A stretch of 58,753 nt of DNA, the filler included, from Bipalium vagum (taxonomy: Eukaryota), in the NCBI GenBank assembly GCA_037834085.1. It is 3 parts of 3 records of this genome, joined end to end, with 100 filler letters (N's around TTAATTAATTAA, not from the genome) between each part and the next. Parts side by side here need not be neighbours in the genome. Positions count along the whole stretch, not along the records: positions 1 to 19,806 come from JBBMKC010267246.1; 2 more parts are not named here. One strand, given 5' to 3'. The notes under the pieces were generated by a model that was not told the origin of the DNA, ran no database searches, and saw only the letters and a program-made list of their open reading frames with translations. The translations under genes were made by a program, and so were the position numbers. Position 1 is the first letter of the stretch, and every line of letters starts with the position of its first letter. Below, piece after piece: positions 1-12,168 of the stretch.

Positions 1-479
1 TTAATGACAAAATTAAAATAACATTGTATTTAACGTTCAAATTTATTCCGAAAATATCGCACGCACCCTGTATATATATATATTGTTTTGCTGAAGAAGT
101 ATTTTGATGGACGCAAAAATAATAATATCTGTGTTGTTTTAATGATTATAGTTTGATTTATTTATTTACAAAATTACCGTTAAAACAGAAAGAATAAATG
201 CATCCTTATTAAATTGGAATTAAACTATAAAATACATTAATCAAAGTGAAAAAGTTGTATTCATAATAAAAATATTTATTTCATCATAATATATATTTCA
301 TAATAATATTTTATAATAATATTTATTAATAAGGAATAATTATTTTATTCATAATAATTAAATTTATTATTTTCAGATAATTAAGCGGTCTTAAAAATTA
401 AAATAATTATTAAATAAATAAAGATTTTTATTTATTTATAATTTACGAACAAAAGGTGTAAGAAAAATATTAAGGGAAA

Positions 480-690
480 TAATATATATTTCGAAGATAG
501 ACTAAGAACAGTTTCGACATCGAATATGATAAGGTGAATAAATTGTTTTGAAAACCGATGATTCCACAGCTGATATAACTTCCTCATTTGATAACTGCAC
601 CATCCAATGAAGAATGATTTCAGGTTTTAGAAGAAAGAGTTCATTGCAGGCCAAATAAAGTAAAGCCGTGTTTGTCCAAGGAATTCATAC
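480..690 (-). mobile_element. mariner transposase C-terminal fragment, decayed
   Basis: Frameshifted YEFLGQ..LACNELFL..LSNEEVISAVE resembles the mariner YELLxHPPYSPDLAPSDFFLF..FSSNEEVIAAVE segment. Confidence 0.45.
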
Positions 691-1133
691 TTTAATATAT
701 TTAATTTTGTCATTATTAAAACAATTTTGAGAAAACCTTGTTTTAATTAAAGGTTTTTTTGTTAAAACAATTTTTATGGGAATTTTTAAACCAAACTAAT
801 GAAAAAGAATCGTGTAATACTGACAGATGGATTTTTTGGTTTTTTAATAATGGCGAGAAAGAAATTTTGTAAAAATGAAAGTATTTTTATATATTATATA
901 CCCAATTTTATATATTAAAATTTATAAAAGAACCTACAATGTTCTTTTATAGAAACTCTCTTCTGGCCATTTTATTAATTTATTACTTCACTGAATATAA
1001 GATAAATACATTTCCTGACCTCATTTATTATCATTAAATATTAAATATAAAGTTATTAATAATTAAATAATTAAAATATATTTATTAATTTTTTTATCGA
1101 AATCGATTCAATCCAACGAGAATTTCAAAAATG

Positions 1134-2724
1134 CAGTCTTTCAACTACTTCGCCATCGATAATTTCACAATTTTTCTACAACAAATGTGGTTCCTAAGAA
1201 TTTATTTAAAAAGAATTTATAACTTCACAATTATAGTGATTTTAAAATTCACACATTTTTAAATGCACTTTAAAATATTATTTGTTTAAATAATAAGTAA
1301 GTTTTGCAATATTTTAGAATTAAATAAATACCTACCCTAACAATATGTAAAAAATTAAATTAATCAATTTTGTGAAACAGTCGAAGAAAACCCAACAAGA
1401 TTTTGTCAAGGCCGTGTCTAAGAAATTCAAAAAATCAGTTGACAAAACAAAAATTTTGAAATGTGCAAAAAATTTATTGGAAAATGCTAAGAAATCGTGG
1501 ATACAAAAGAAAAAATGCAGAAATATAACATTCCTGTCAGTTGATTCAAAATTATATGACTGGGTTGCTGAAAATGAAACAAAGATAATAATTAACGAGG
1601 CTAAATTTATGGAACAAGCAACAAAGATTTGCAAATACTGAGAAGCTACTGTCCGAATCAGAAAATGTGACAAGAGGATGGATACTTTCATTAAAATAAC
1701 GTGATCGTATTAAGCCACGAGCTATATCAGGAGAATCTGTACTGTTAATCAGAACATCATTGACACAAATTCGTCACTTTTACCACAAATATTATTTTTT
1801 ATTATTATATTATATTTTTAATTTTGATGAAACCTGTATTTTTTAACCACTTGGAACCAAGTAAGACTCTAGCTACAAAATAGATTTATGGAAGAAAAAA
1901 AGACTTAAAAAGAATAACGATCGGTTTAGCTTCAAATGCAAGTGGATCGGAAAAGTTAAAATTACCTATGATTGAAAGCTTGGGTGTCGAGCTCACTATT
2001 TACAGAGTAGATTATTGGAGATGATAAAAAGATATTTTTATAATCACCCGAACCACAAATTTTAATGGTAATGGATAATATGAAATGTCATACATTTAAT
2101 GGTTTGGGTTTTACGTGTATTACAATTCTATTTTCCACCGAATACAACATCAAGATTTCAACCATTAGATGCTAGAATAATAAAGTATACTAAAGGTAAA
2201 GTATATATATTTTATGTTAACTTTTTGTTAGATCAATTAGATAGATCGATACTCAAACCAGAAAAGGTTACTTTATTAGATCCAATCAGATTTATAACAA
2301 GATCTTAGAATGAAGTGATCTCGTTAACGATTTATAATTGCTGGCTGCATTGTAAACTAATTAATCCACCAAATAATCAATCACTGAATAAAGAAGACTA
2401 TACCTGAAATGGACAATGAAACCAATAGAATGCAAAAATTAATAAATACATTACATGTTGATAAACAGATTGAGGTAAGTAAATATGTCTTCATAGAAAA
2501 AATATCAACTGAAGGTGAAGATTAAGATGATGATCTTGAGGATATAAAATAAATGAAAGTGTTTGATAACATATTTGGAAAACATGATTGATCATTGCTT
2601 TTGTAAAAAAATTATCGATTGTTATATAACATTGATTTTATAATTTCACGATTTTTAATTTCACAACTCGGAAAATTTCTTTTTTCTCCGGTTCCGAAAG
2701 TGTAAAATTATAGATGAAAGACTG
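1134..2724 (+). mobile_element. pogo/Tigger-family DNA transposon, decayed
   Basis: Termini CAGTCTTTCA..TGAAAGACTG|TA; CENP-B-type HTH region (ORF 1372-1641); DDE_1 motifs IFNFDET, RITIGLASNASGSEKL, VMDNMKCH, FPPNTTSRFQPLD; stops and frameshifts. Confidence 0.85.
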
Positions 2725-3559
2725 TATATGGAAGCTAATAATGCTTATGTTTTGGTTAGGTTTCTTTTTTGAAATGAGAAATATTTTAATATCGGGTTCC
2801 ATCCTTTTCCTTTGACATGAAGTTGAATATTGTCTTGTTGGCTCTTTCCTTTATTAAAATAAAAATAATTACAATATAATTTCTTCTTTCACTTTCTTAG
2901 ATTTTAAAGTTTCTGTTTTGAAACGCTTCACCACAAAAGTAAGACAGCCAATATTGATATGGTTGATTTAACTTAAAATAACTAAATATTTCTAAAAATT
3001 AACAAGAGAAAAAAATTTTCTCAGAAAAACTATTTTTTGTAATATTTCTAGTAGTTAAACAAAGAATAATAATTTCATTCGAGTTTTCAGTTATTTAGTA
3101 AAAGAAAATGTAAAATTAAAAAACTCCAAATTTTACATGTTGTACTAACCCTTGAAAGGTGGAGCTAGGATTTTTATAACTGATAACATTTAATCAAACA
3201 TTGCACTTGAATTCTTAATTCTTATAATTCTAATATCATGTTGTAGAATTCACAATCCTTTTTCCATGGTTACCATGGCTTTGTCAAACAATTTGTATGT
3301 ACAGCGTGTTTTGAGAAAAATAATGGCATAATATTCCTGATAGATTTTAAGTATTTCATTTAATTGAATATTTCGTTTCACACAAAGTATTTGACAAGTT
3401 CTATTAAAATAAATTTGCTCAGTTATCTTCTTATATTAATATTATTGGATTGACAAAAAGTATCTACCGATTTTACATAAAGACATTTAACTGTAATAAC
3501 TTTTCTATTATCAGAAAGTAAAAATACATCACTAACTTGCAAAAAAAACCTGTAATGTA

Positions 3560-5692
3560 CAGCGGGGATTCATTAAAAGAACGTCAATGTCATACTTCGT
3601 TTTGAAAGGGTGATTTTCACTCATCGATAATCAACAATCTGTCCGTCCACTAAATGTCAATGGCGACAAGATCAAAGACTTAATCAATGAGGATCGTTAG
3701 ACAAAAACGCGAAACAATATATGGCAGCTCAGCGTATAACATGCAGCCATCGAAAACCATATCAAGTGTACTCGATTTATGGAATCCTTTCGAACTTAAG
3801 GAAAGTCAATTTTTGATTTGATTATCAAGAGCAAAAAAATATCCATTTTTTAAAAAAATGATACTGGACGAAGAATAATGGATTTGCTACAATAATGTTT
3901 ATCAGAATAGAAAATATTCAGAGGTAGCAACACAGATGTAGATCAAGACTAATAATCATCAATTGAGAGTTTTTTCATGCTTTTGGTGGATTATCAAGGC
4001 ATTATATTATTTATATTAATTCTGATATTTATTGATTGCTTAACAAAATTCAACAAAATACAAAACGCCAAAAATTGGACAACTATAATGTCATTTTTTC
4101 AGCTGGAAAATGTATTCAGTGTACAACTATGACTCTGGCTTTTTTTTTCATATGATAATAAAAATTTTGTTTGCATATGTATATCTCAATCATATTGAAT
4201 TGATTTATAAACAAAAATATCATATAATTAGTAATATCACGAGACAGTTGTTTTAATATTCCTTGTTTAAATATTATAGCGATTCAAAATTTTGATATTC
4301 ATCCCAAATAAATGAAATTTGCGGGAAGTAATTCTATATTACTTTATTTCCAAGAAAACTGCAGCGGAAACGTACTGCTTGCTTCGAGATACCTTTGGAA
4401 AACATGCTCCTTCGATGACCACATGTAAAGATTGATTTTGCCGTTTAAGAAATGGACAATATGATACGAACGACAAGGAGCATGGGAAGCCACAAAAACA
4501 ATGTGAAGATAGAGATTTGAGAAGGCTATTGGAAGAAGACCCATGCGAAACACAATCTGATCTGGCTGTCGCATTAAATGTGACTCAACAATGCATTTCA
4601 AAACATCTAGTAGCTTTAGGAATTATTTGAAAATTGGGAATTTGGATCCTACATGAAATGACAATAAGATGCATTGAACGGCGAAAAAAAATTTGTGATA
4701 TCCTTCTTCAGAGACAAAAAAGAAAAAGTTTTTTGCATTGAATTATCACAGGAGACGAAAAATGGATGGCAGCTTGGGTGATGCAAAGAGAACCCGGTCC
4801 ATCAACACCGAAACAAAATGTCCACGGTTTGAAAGTTATGTTGTGTATCTGGTGGGATCAGAAAGGAGTGATCTATTATGAATTTTTAAAATCTTCTCAA
4901 ACACTAACTGGTGAACTTTATCGATCACAATTAATTCGTTTGAAGCAAGCTTTGAATGAAAAACAACCGGAATGGGTGACTAGACACGAAAAGATAATTT
5001 TACAACATGATAACGCAAGACCACACGTTAGTTCAGTTGTAAATAATTACTTCGAAGGTACCAAGTGGGAAGTCTTACCTCATCCGCCCTATTCACCAGA
5101 CATCGCTCCTTCGGATTACCATTTGTTACGCTCTTTGCAATCAGCACTTTCCGGAAAGCGGTTCAGTTCCCTTGAAGACCTCAAAAATTGGATTGGCAGC
5201 TGGATCTCATTAAAAGAGCCAGAGATTTTCTTTCATGGAATTCATTCGTTACCTGAAAGGTGGGCAAAGGTTGTAGCTTCCAATGGAACATATTTTCAAT
5301 AAATGTTTTAAAATAAAATTTGTAATAAATGTCTTTGTTTTCTTATTTTAAAAAGCTGGAGTCATAGTGTACACCTAATAAAATCACATTTTTTGGTCAC
5401 TCGGCAAAAATTATTGAATTTTGGTTGGAACGTATTATCACATCCACCATATAGCTCAGACTTGCTCATTCTGATTACCATATGTTTTGGTCTATGAAAG
5501 ATATCTTGAATGGTAAAACTTTTAGTGTCACTGATGACGTCCAATCCGATTTTAAAAAGAGGTTTTATGAAGATTTTTTTACCTCTTTGAAGGTAAAAAC
5601 AGGTTCTTGATAAAAGGGATAATTCATAAGTTATATTGTTTCATGTCTTTTGATTCTTCAAAAAAGCGCCATTTAATTTCTTTCCAAACAAT
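3560..5692 (+). mobile_element. Older decayed mariner (two halves ~3560-4112 and 5381-5692) interrupted by a younger mariner
   Basis: DEE*WICYNN and WWDYQGII upstream; QLENV|KSHFLVTRQKLLNFGWNVLSHPPYSSDL reads in frame across the insertion site. Left end approximate. Confidence 0.75.
4115..5378 (+). mobile_element. mariner element (Mos1/mauritiana-like), full length, inactivated
   Basis: Imperfect TIRs (TTCAGTGTACAACTATGACTCTGGCTTTT / AAAAGCTGGAGTCATAGTGTACACCTAA) with TA flanks; LREVILYYFISKKTAAET, IITGDEKW, LQHDNARPH, YSPDIAPSDY; ORF 4766-5302 is the intact C-terminal half. Confidence 0.92.
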
Positions 5693-7942
5693 ACTTACAA
5701 TTGTGTTTTATTTTACATATTTTTGATAATGCTGTAGTCCAGTCCAGATTTGCGATACATAATTTTTATTTAATAAAAAATTTTTAATTAATAATTTTAA
5801 AAAGAATTAAAAGAAAATAGTAAGCCATATATGACAATATACATGATTCACATGGTTTTTGGTTTACATGACTACTGTCAAATAAAAAATTGCCGATTGT
5901 TAAAATTATAATAAAAAAAAGGACATAAAACATCCTTTCATAGCATTCAATAAAATAATTTTAAGCAAATACGTTTTCATTGACTTCTAAAGAAAAACTT
6001 CATTCATTGAGAATTATAAATTTTGCTTACTGGGAAACTCTGTTTAAATTCAAAGTTCCAGAAATCACTTTTAACGTTTCAGAAGACCACAATTGAAATA
6101 ACTGTACATTTTTAAGAATCTTACCATGAAGTCAATCGAATATTTGTTGAGGATCAATTCACCAAGATGTATTCAAGTATATTCGCTCAAAATGATAAAA
6201 GTATCAAAGCCTGATTATCGAAAACCCGAAATTAATATAATCAATAATAAATGCCAAACGGTTACTATATATATTCCCCTGTTTAGATGTTAATATTAAA
6301 TCTTCGATTTAAGCAAATAATCAATTAAATATCAGCCTAATAATTAGATCTAATTTTATTTATAGCAACCAATTTAATATCAAATATGTTCGATAAAAAT
6401 GGTACTTACAAAATCGCAAGGTTTCCTCGGAGCACCAAATAGAAATTAATAAATTATCTTTTTTTATATTAAGGAAAATATTAATTAGCTAAAAACTCTG
6501 ACTTCTTCTGTTGCTATTTGTGTGTTCGATTTTTGAATAAGAGTTTTTACGCGTTATTTTAAATTTTAACAGTTTTTACAGAACTTTAACTTAACAATTC
6601 AGATGATTACATTCATACCCGCAAAACCATTTATATAGTTTTTTCTTGTTTAATTTTAAGATAGCTCTATCGATGCACATAAATTTCTTCTACTTAACTA
6701 GACTGGCCAAAAGAACTTGCGGAAAGTGCTGAATTTGATGTGAAAGATAATGAACATTGAAACCACCATCATATTATGATGATAAGTGATAAGAGTTATA
6801 AATTGAATGTTACTCAAGAACAATTTCAAACTTCTTATGTGATAGAAAAAAGACTGAGAAGAAAATGGTTGGTATCTTATAAATTGACAGAAAGAAACAA
6901 ACCCCAAAGAAAAACAAGTTTTTAAAATTTAGACTAAAAAAATTTTAAAAATGTATTACTTACTCACCATATTCATCACACATTACATATTATTGCTTTT
7001 CCGATCAATGATAGCTGATCTGTAGACGGGGAGCTTCAAAATTATGAAGAAATCAGAAATTCATTAGAAATTCTCCAAATCGACAAATTTTCCGAAAGGT
7101 GAGATATTGTTATGAAATTATTATTATTGATAACAATTTATTTTGACCTTTCTCAATGATTTAAATTAATAAACCCTAACAAAACGTATTCAAACTTTTA
7201 TTCTTAATATTTTCTGAAGAATAAACAAAATCACAATAAAATATTATACTAATTTTTATCCAACCATTAATTAATAAAATTCTTATTATTTTTCCAAAAA
7301 AATTAAACTATTATGTTAAATAATAAAATCATTGAATAATCATTATTATTCCAGCTAAAGATAACGTCGTCTAACGCTACTTCAAATAAATTTTACTTCA
7401 TTTCCATTTCTCTCTAGAATTATATATCTTTAAGCTTTGAAAAGGAAACCCCGTATTTGTTGTTTATTATTGTATAATATTCTTGTTTCATTTAATCAAT
7501 TCAAACAAACTGACGGACGAATTCATCTTCAAAATTATATTGTAAATCTGGAAAAGCCTATCAATATCTATTATAATAGAAAATATGACCAAAATCTTTA
7601 CTTTGACTAACTTGAGCTCTATACACTTCCATTTGTACTTTGGTCAGACAACTTTAGAAACATGGAACAATGGTACTTGATTAATAAGGAATAGTATCAC
7701 CACATTAAATTTCTGTTAGTAAAACTATAACTGACTTAAAACTTTTGAGTTTGCATGAAAATGTTTTACAGAATTTCCTTTAATTTTTGTCGTAAAAATA
7801 TTTAGTCTAACCTTTGCAATAATAATTCCTTTGGTATTCATATCTTTAAAAATTATTCCTCCATTTCCCTCATCAATTTATGAGTCTAATATCCTTTTTT
7901 CAAAACTTAATTTGATGATATATTTTATTTTTGAGTTATTCG

Positions 7943-8440
7943 TACAACGGATGTCCGCCAAAAATTTCAGAATTTTTTGTAATACAAAAAATGTTTAACT
8001 AATTATATGAATCAGCAATGAATGTTTTATTTCGTACAAAAAATTTCTTCAATTTTCTAAGCTAATATTTACTACGATTAATAAATTTGTCAGTTGTGTA
8101 CCTTTCTAACATATTTCTGGACGGTAGCAGGATAATCTTTCTTTTCTACAAAATTGCTTTAAGCAATCGAGCACTATTTTTGAGTAACGTAAGTTGACCA
8201 AGTCTAATTAATGGAGTATTGGGACCTTTGTTCAAATTTTGATTTTCGCCGACATTACACAGCAACAAGAACACTTGAAATTTTACTGGTATAATATCCA
8301 TCATTTTCTGACATGGTTGCATTGGAAAAATTGAAATAAGACTCGTCATCAAGAATAAACTTTTTTTGGGGAAATTTTTCTATATGATCGACCACATTTC
8401 CACTTTGGTTTCAATTCATTTAGGTATCTTTTATTTCTTA
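7943..8440 (-). mobile_element. IS630-Tc1-mariner superfamily transposase remnant, internally deleted
   Basis: FILDDESYF..NDGYYT..KSKFEQ then DL..RYSK..NFVEKKDYPA; TA-CAACGG-type terminus at 7943. Confidence 0.55.
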
Positions 8441-8490
8441 TGATTTTTAATGGATATCTTATTTTTCATTTTTTATTCAAAAATATTTTA

Positions 8491-9812
8491 TGTTTAACAG
8501 TAATAAAAATTAATAATATTATTATTATCAGATACGTAATAAAAATATGCCAGTAATTATCCTGGCTATATTAATTCTGGAAATAGTAACTTTAATATAT
8601 TAACCTGTTCTATAAGTAATCTACCATTTTAATCTTATAAGAAAATAAATTAAAAAAGTCAATTATAAAGCAGAAAACGCAAAATTTATTCAGGAATATA
8701 TTAAAATTAATAAGTAAAAAGAAGTTATTTTGCAAGTGAGCTGAAGGACATGGTGACTAAAAGTGCTTTAGAATTTTTCAATGGAAAGTAAGGTTATTTC
8801 CTCATGACAGCATAAGTTTCATTTGAGACTAGTATAAAAAAAATTATGATTTTGATTGGATGTTCTAAGTCACCCTTCAAAAATATCATTTTGAAACGTT
8901 AAATTTCCTAGTCGCACAACCTATTGAAACACCAAAACTACCATCAAATTGGGATATGATCTGATTTAGTTTTTAAAGCAAGACTTTTTAGGCTTTACGT
9001 CCAATTAATGAATTTCTTTTACCAATTTATTGTCGTATCTTTGTAGAAGGAAATAAATTGTTTGCTTGGGCCATTTTCTTGTGAAAAAAAAACAGTCTAC
9101 TTTTTACTACCTATATGATTACTCGTTTTAAATTTGTATGCATGTTTTGTCGTTATCATAAACTTTTGATTAATATCTAAAAATAAAATATAAATCAATT
9201 AAATCTATAAAAAGTATTGCTTAAAATGGCCACGACATCTATCACAACTTTTCAAACTATTACTTTGCATTACATTATGAAATTTTAGTGGGCCCCCGTT
9301 ATATTAAATTCTACAAAAAATGCTTTAGGTTTTTTGAAGAAATTTAAAGAAAATTTTAGAATTTTATTTAAAAATATATCGAGAATTATGTTTGATAAAT
9401 TGCTTCCATTGAGTACGTAATTTCATTAATTAGTTTTGTCACTGATTTTCTATATCTTCAAAGCACTGAAATTATTTGATCGGAAAGACTGAATAGCAAA
9501 CCATCAAATATCATGAGAATTTTCAGGGTGACAGAACATCAAACCAGAATTCTAATTTTTTGCTCTATTCTCAATCTTAAATGGAACTTTTGCTGTCATA
9601 ATGAAATACCCTTACTTTCCATTGAAAAATTCTAAAGTACTAACTGTATTCTTCAGCTCGTCTTACAAAACGCCTTACGCCCTTTTATTTATTAACTTTA
9701 ATGTATATTAAAGTTACGTTTTTCAGAATTAATATAGCCAGGATAATTACTGGCATATTTTTATTACGTATCTGATAATATTATTATTGTTAATTTTTAT
9801 TACTCTTAAAGA
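8491..9812. mobile_element. Decayed Tc1-like element with long imperfect terminal inverted repeats (~8491-8830 vs ~9570-9812)
   Basis: ATCAGATACGTAATAAAAATATGCCAGTAATTATCCTGGCTATATTAATTCTG recurs as reverse complement near 9723-9776; a second block TTTAGAATTTTTCAATGGAAAGTAAGG is also inverted; interior has faint Tc1-like residues (LMVVL..LGNLTF) on the - strand. Confidence 0.7.
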
Positions 9813-10925
9813 TATATAATAGTTTCTAGTCATAAACCTTAGTGATCAGGAATATTACAAATAAATTTAGCTCAAAATAATAAAATAATATTTTATTTAA
9901 ATCAAAAATTTTGCTTTCCTTCTTTATTTTTAAAATGTAGAAAATATTAATCTTAATTTTTATTTTCAGTTCATTTTATTTTTATAATAAAAAGGTGAGA
10001 CTCACTTTCTTTTATTATAAAAATTTATTATCATTAGAATGACATTTTCTTAGTGTAATAAAATAAATAAATAATTATATTTTAATTTTAAACATTTTAA
10101 ATTCCTTTACACTGTTTTTCATAATTTATTTTCTAAATTTAACTTTTTAATTTTCTAAATTTAATTATCTTTATTAAACTTATAAATGCACCGTCATTCT
10201 CATTTCAGTTTTTATCTAAATATGAATTTACCTTGAGTAATTTATTAAGAAAACAACATTCTCATTCTATTAATATTACTTATTATTAATAGAATTATTA
10301 TTATTATTTATTAACAATATTTGCTCTTTTTGATTCGATGTAAATAATTTTATCACTTTATCATAGGTGTCGGAAACATTTTTTGATCCCCAGATCTATC
10401 GTTCGGCTCGGTTAGATTTGTTTTAATGATAATCACACTGAATTTCAAGTGTTCATAGGTTCTCCAAAAGGTTAGGCGGAAGTTCTCTTAATTATCAACC
10501 AGGCTTAATTAAATATCAATATATAGATATAATCGGATTTAGATATATCCTGTTATTAATATTGATAAACAGATCAATTTGATATACAAAATTAATTTAA
10601 TCACTAATTTAGAAACAGCGGATGAAAATTGTATGAAGTATCAGATCATTTAATGTATACTAAAGCATTTTAATAATGAATATCAAAATTAAAACAATTA
10701 TCGGATAAAACAAATATATAAAATACTTAAAAGTTCAATTTTTATATGAACGTAACATTCATGATCTACTATGTTATAAGTCTTTCCAAATCCTCTCTAT
10801 AGTAATTCTTTTTACGATTGGAAATCTTTTACTCTGATTATGAAACGAAAATTTTGTCAAATTTGCATATTTAACCGATTTTAAGTCGGGTTTCATATAT
10901 AGACAGTAATTAACATTTTATATTA

Positions 10926-12168
10926 TTGGGATGATTCATAAGTTCGTGCGTTTTTAATGAAAATATTATGCATGTTTTAGAGATAAGAATCCAGCAAGCA
11001 AACACATTTTATTCAGAAAAATAAAGACCATTATGTTCAACTGTCTTAATCCAACGATGGGCAAGTTGTTTGATGCCACTCCGGTACCATGCTTTATCTT
11101 TTAATTCACGACATCCATTTTCAACCTGTTCTATATTCTCAAACTGTCGTCCTCTAAGGAAATGAGCCATTGATCTGTGAAGGTGGTAATCGCTGTGTGC
11201 TAGATCTGGACTGCACGCAGGATGTGGTAAAATTTCAATTTCTAATTTGTTAATTTTATTTTGCGTTACTCGCGCAGTATTCGGACGAGCATTATCCTGT
11301 TGTAGAAGCACCCGCTTTCTGTTGACTAAAGCAGGATATTTTATGGCTAATTGTTGGTACATCCGATCGAGTTGAGCAGAATATAACTCAGCAGTAATGG
11401 TTTGGCCATCTGGAAGTACTTCGAAGTGTATAATCCCCTCAAAGTTCCACCACGCGCACAACATGATCTTTTTTCCGAACCTATCTTGTTTTGGAACAGC
11501 CTTGGGCTTCTGGCCTGGTTCCAACCATTGATTTCTCCTGTTCGGATTATAAAAATATATCCATTTTCGTCGCACGTGACTAAGCGACGTATAAAGCGTT
11601 CATCATTTGCATTATTTAATAATTGACTTGGCGTCAAATCATGCGGTTCTTCATAACCGCGCTTGTAATGTTGATGTAGATGACAAACCACGGATGGCTG
11701 CGATGTTCCGGTCTCAGCCGAAAATCTACGCATACTATTTCATGGATTTATTTCTACGGCTTTGAGAATAGTTTCCGAATATAGAGTGTTGGGACGTCCA
11801 CTGAGAGAATAATCATTGAGGTCCATGTCACCCTTGTTGAATTTTTTGAATCACTTTTGAGCAGTTCCTATGGAAACTGATTTGTCGCCTTCAACTTCAC
11901 ATATTTTCTTTGCAGCATCTATGGCTCTGAAATTCTGCTTCCAGTAATGTTTCAGAAGTATACGGATTGCTAATTTATCCATGCTTTTTTCTGAATAAAT
12001 ATATATACACAAACTTCGTATAACGTAATATAATTTAAAGAATCTTGCGCAACTCTTTCTCAGCTTTCAGATGATGTGCAACTTGTTAATATTTAAACAA
12101 ATAATATATTTAAAATTTTCTTTTAAGGTTTATATAGAAAAAACACACCAACTTATGAATCAACCCAA
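10926..12168 (-). mobile_element. mariner element, full length, frameshifted (transposase ~11982-11009)
   Basis: TIRs TTGGGATGATTCATAAGTT / AACTTATGAATCAACCCAA with TA flanks; LVTCDEKW region, WWNFEGII, QQDNARP, SPDLAHSDYHL. Confidence 0.92.

Noticed and set aside
2870-7100. TGA read as Trp (alternative genetic code)
   Set aside because: TGA at Trp/Arg-like positions occurs only in decayed sequence alongside TAA stops and frameshifts; intact genes use TGG.
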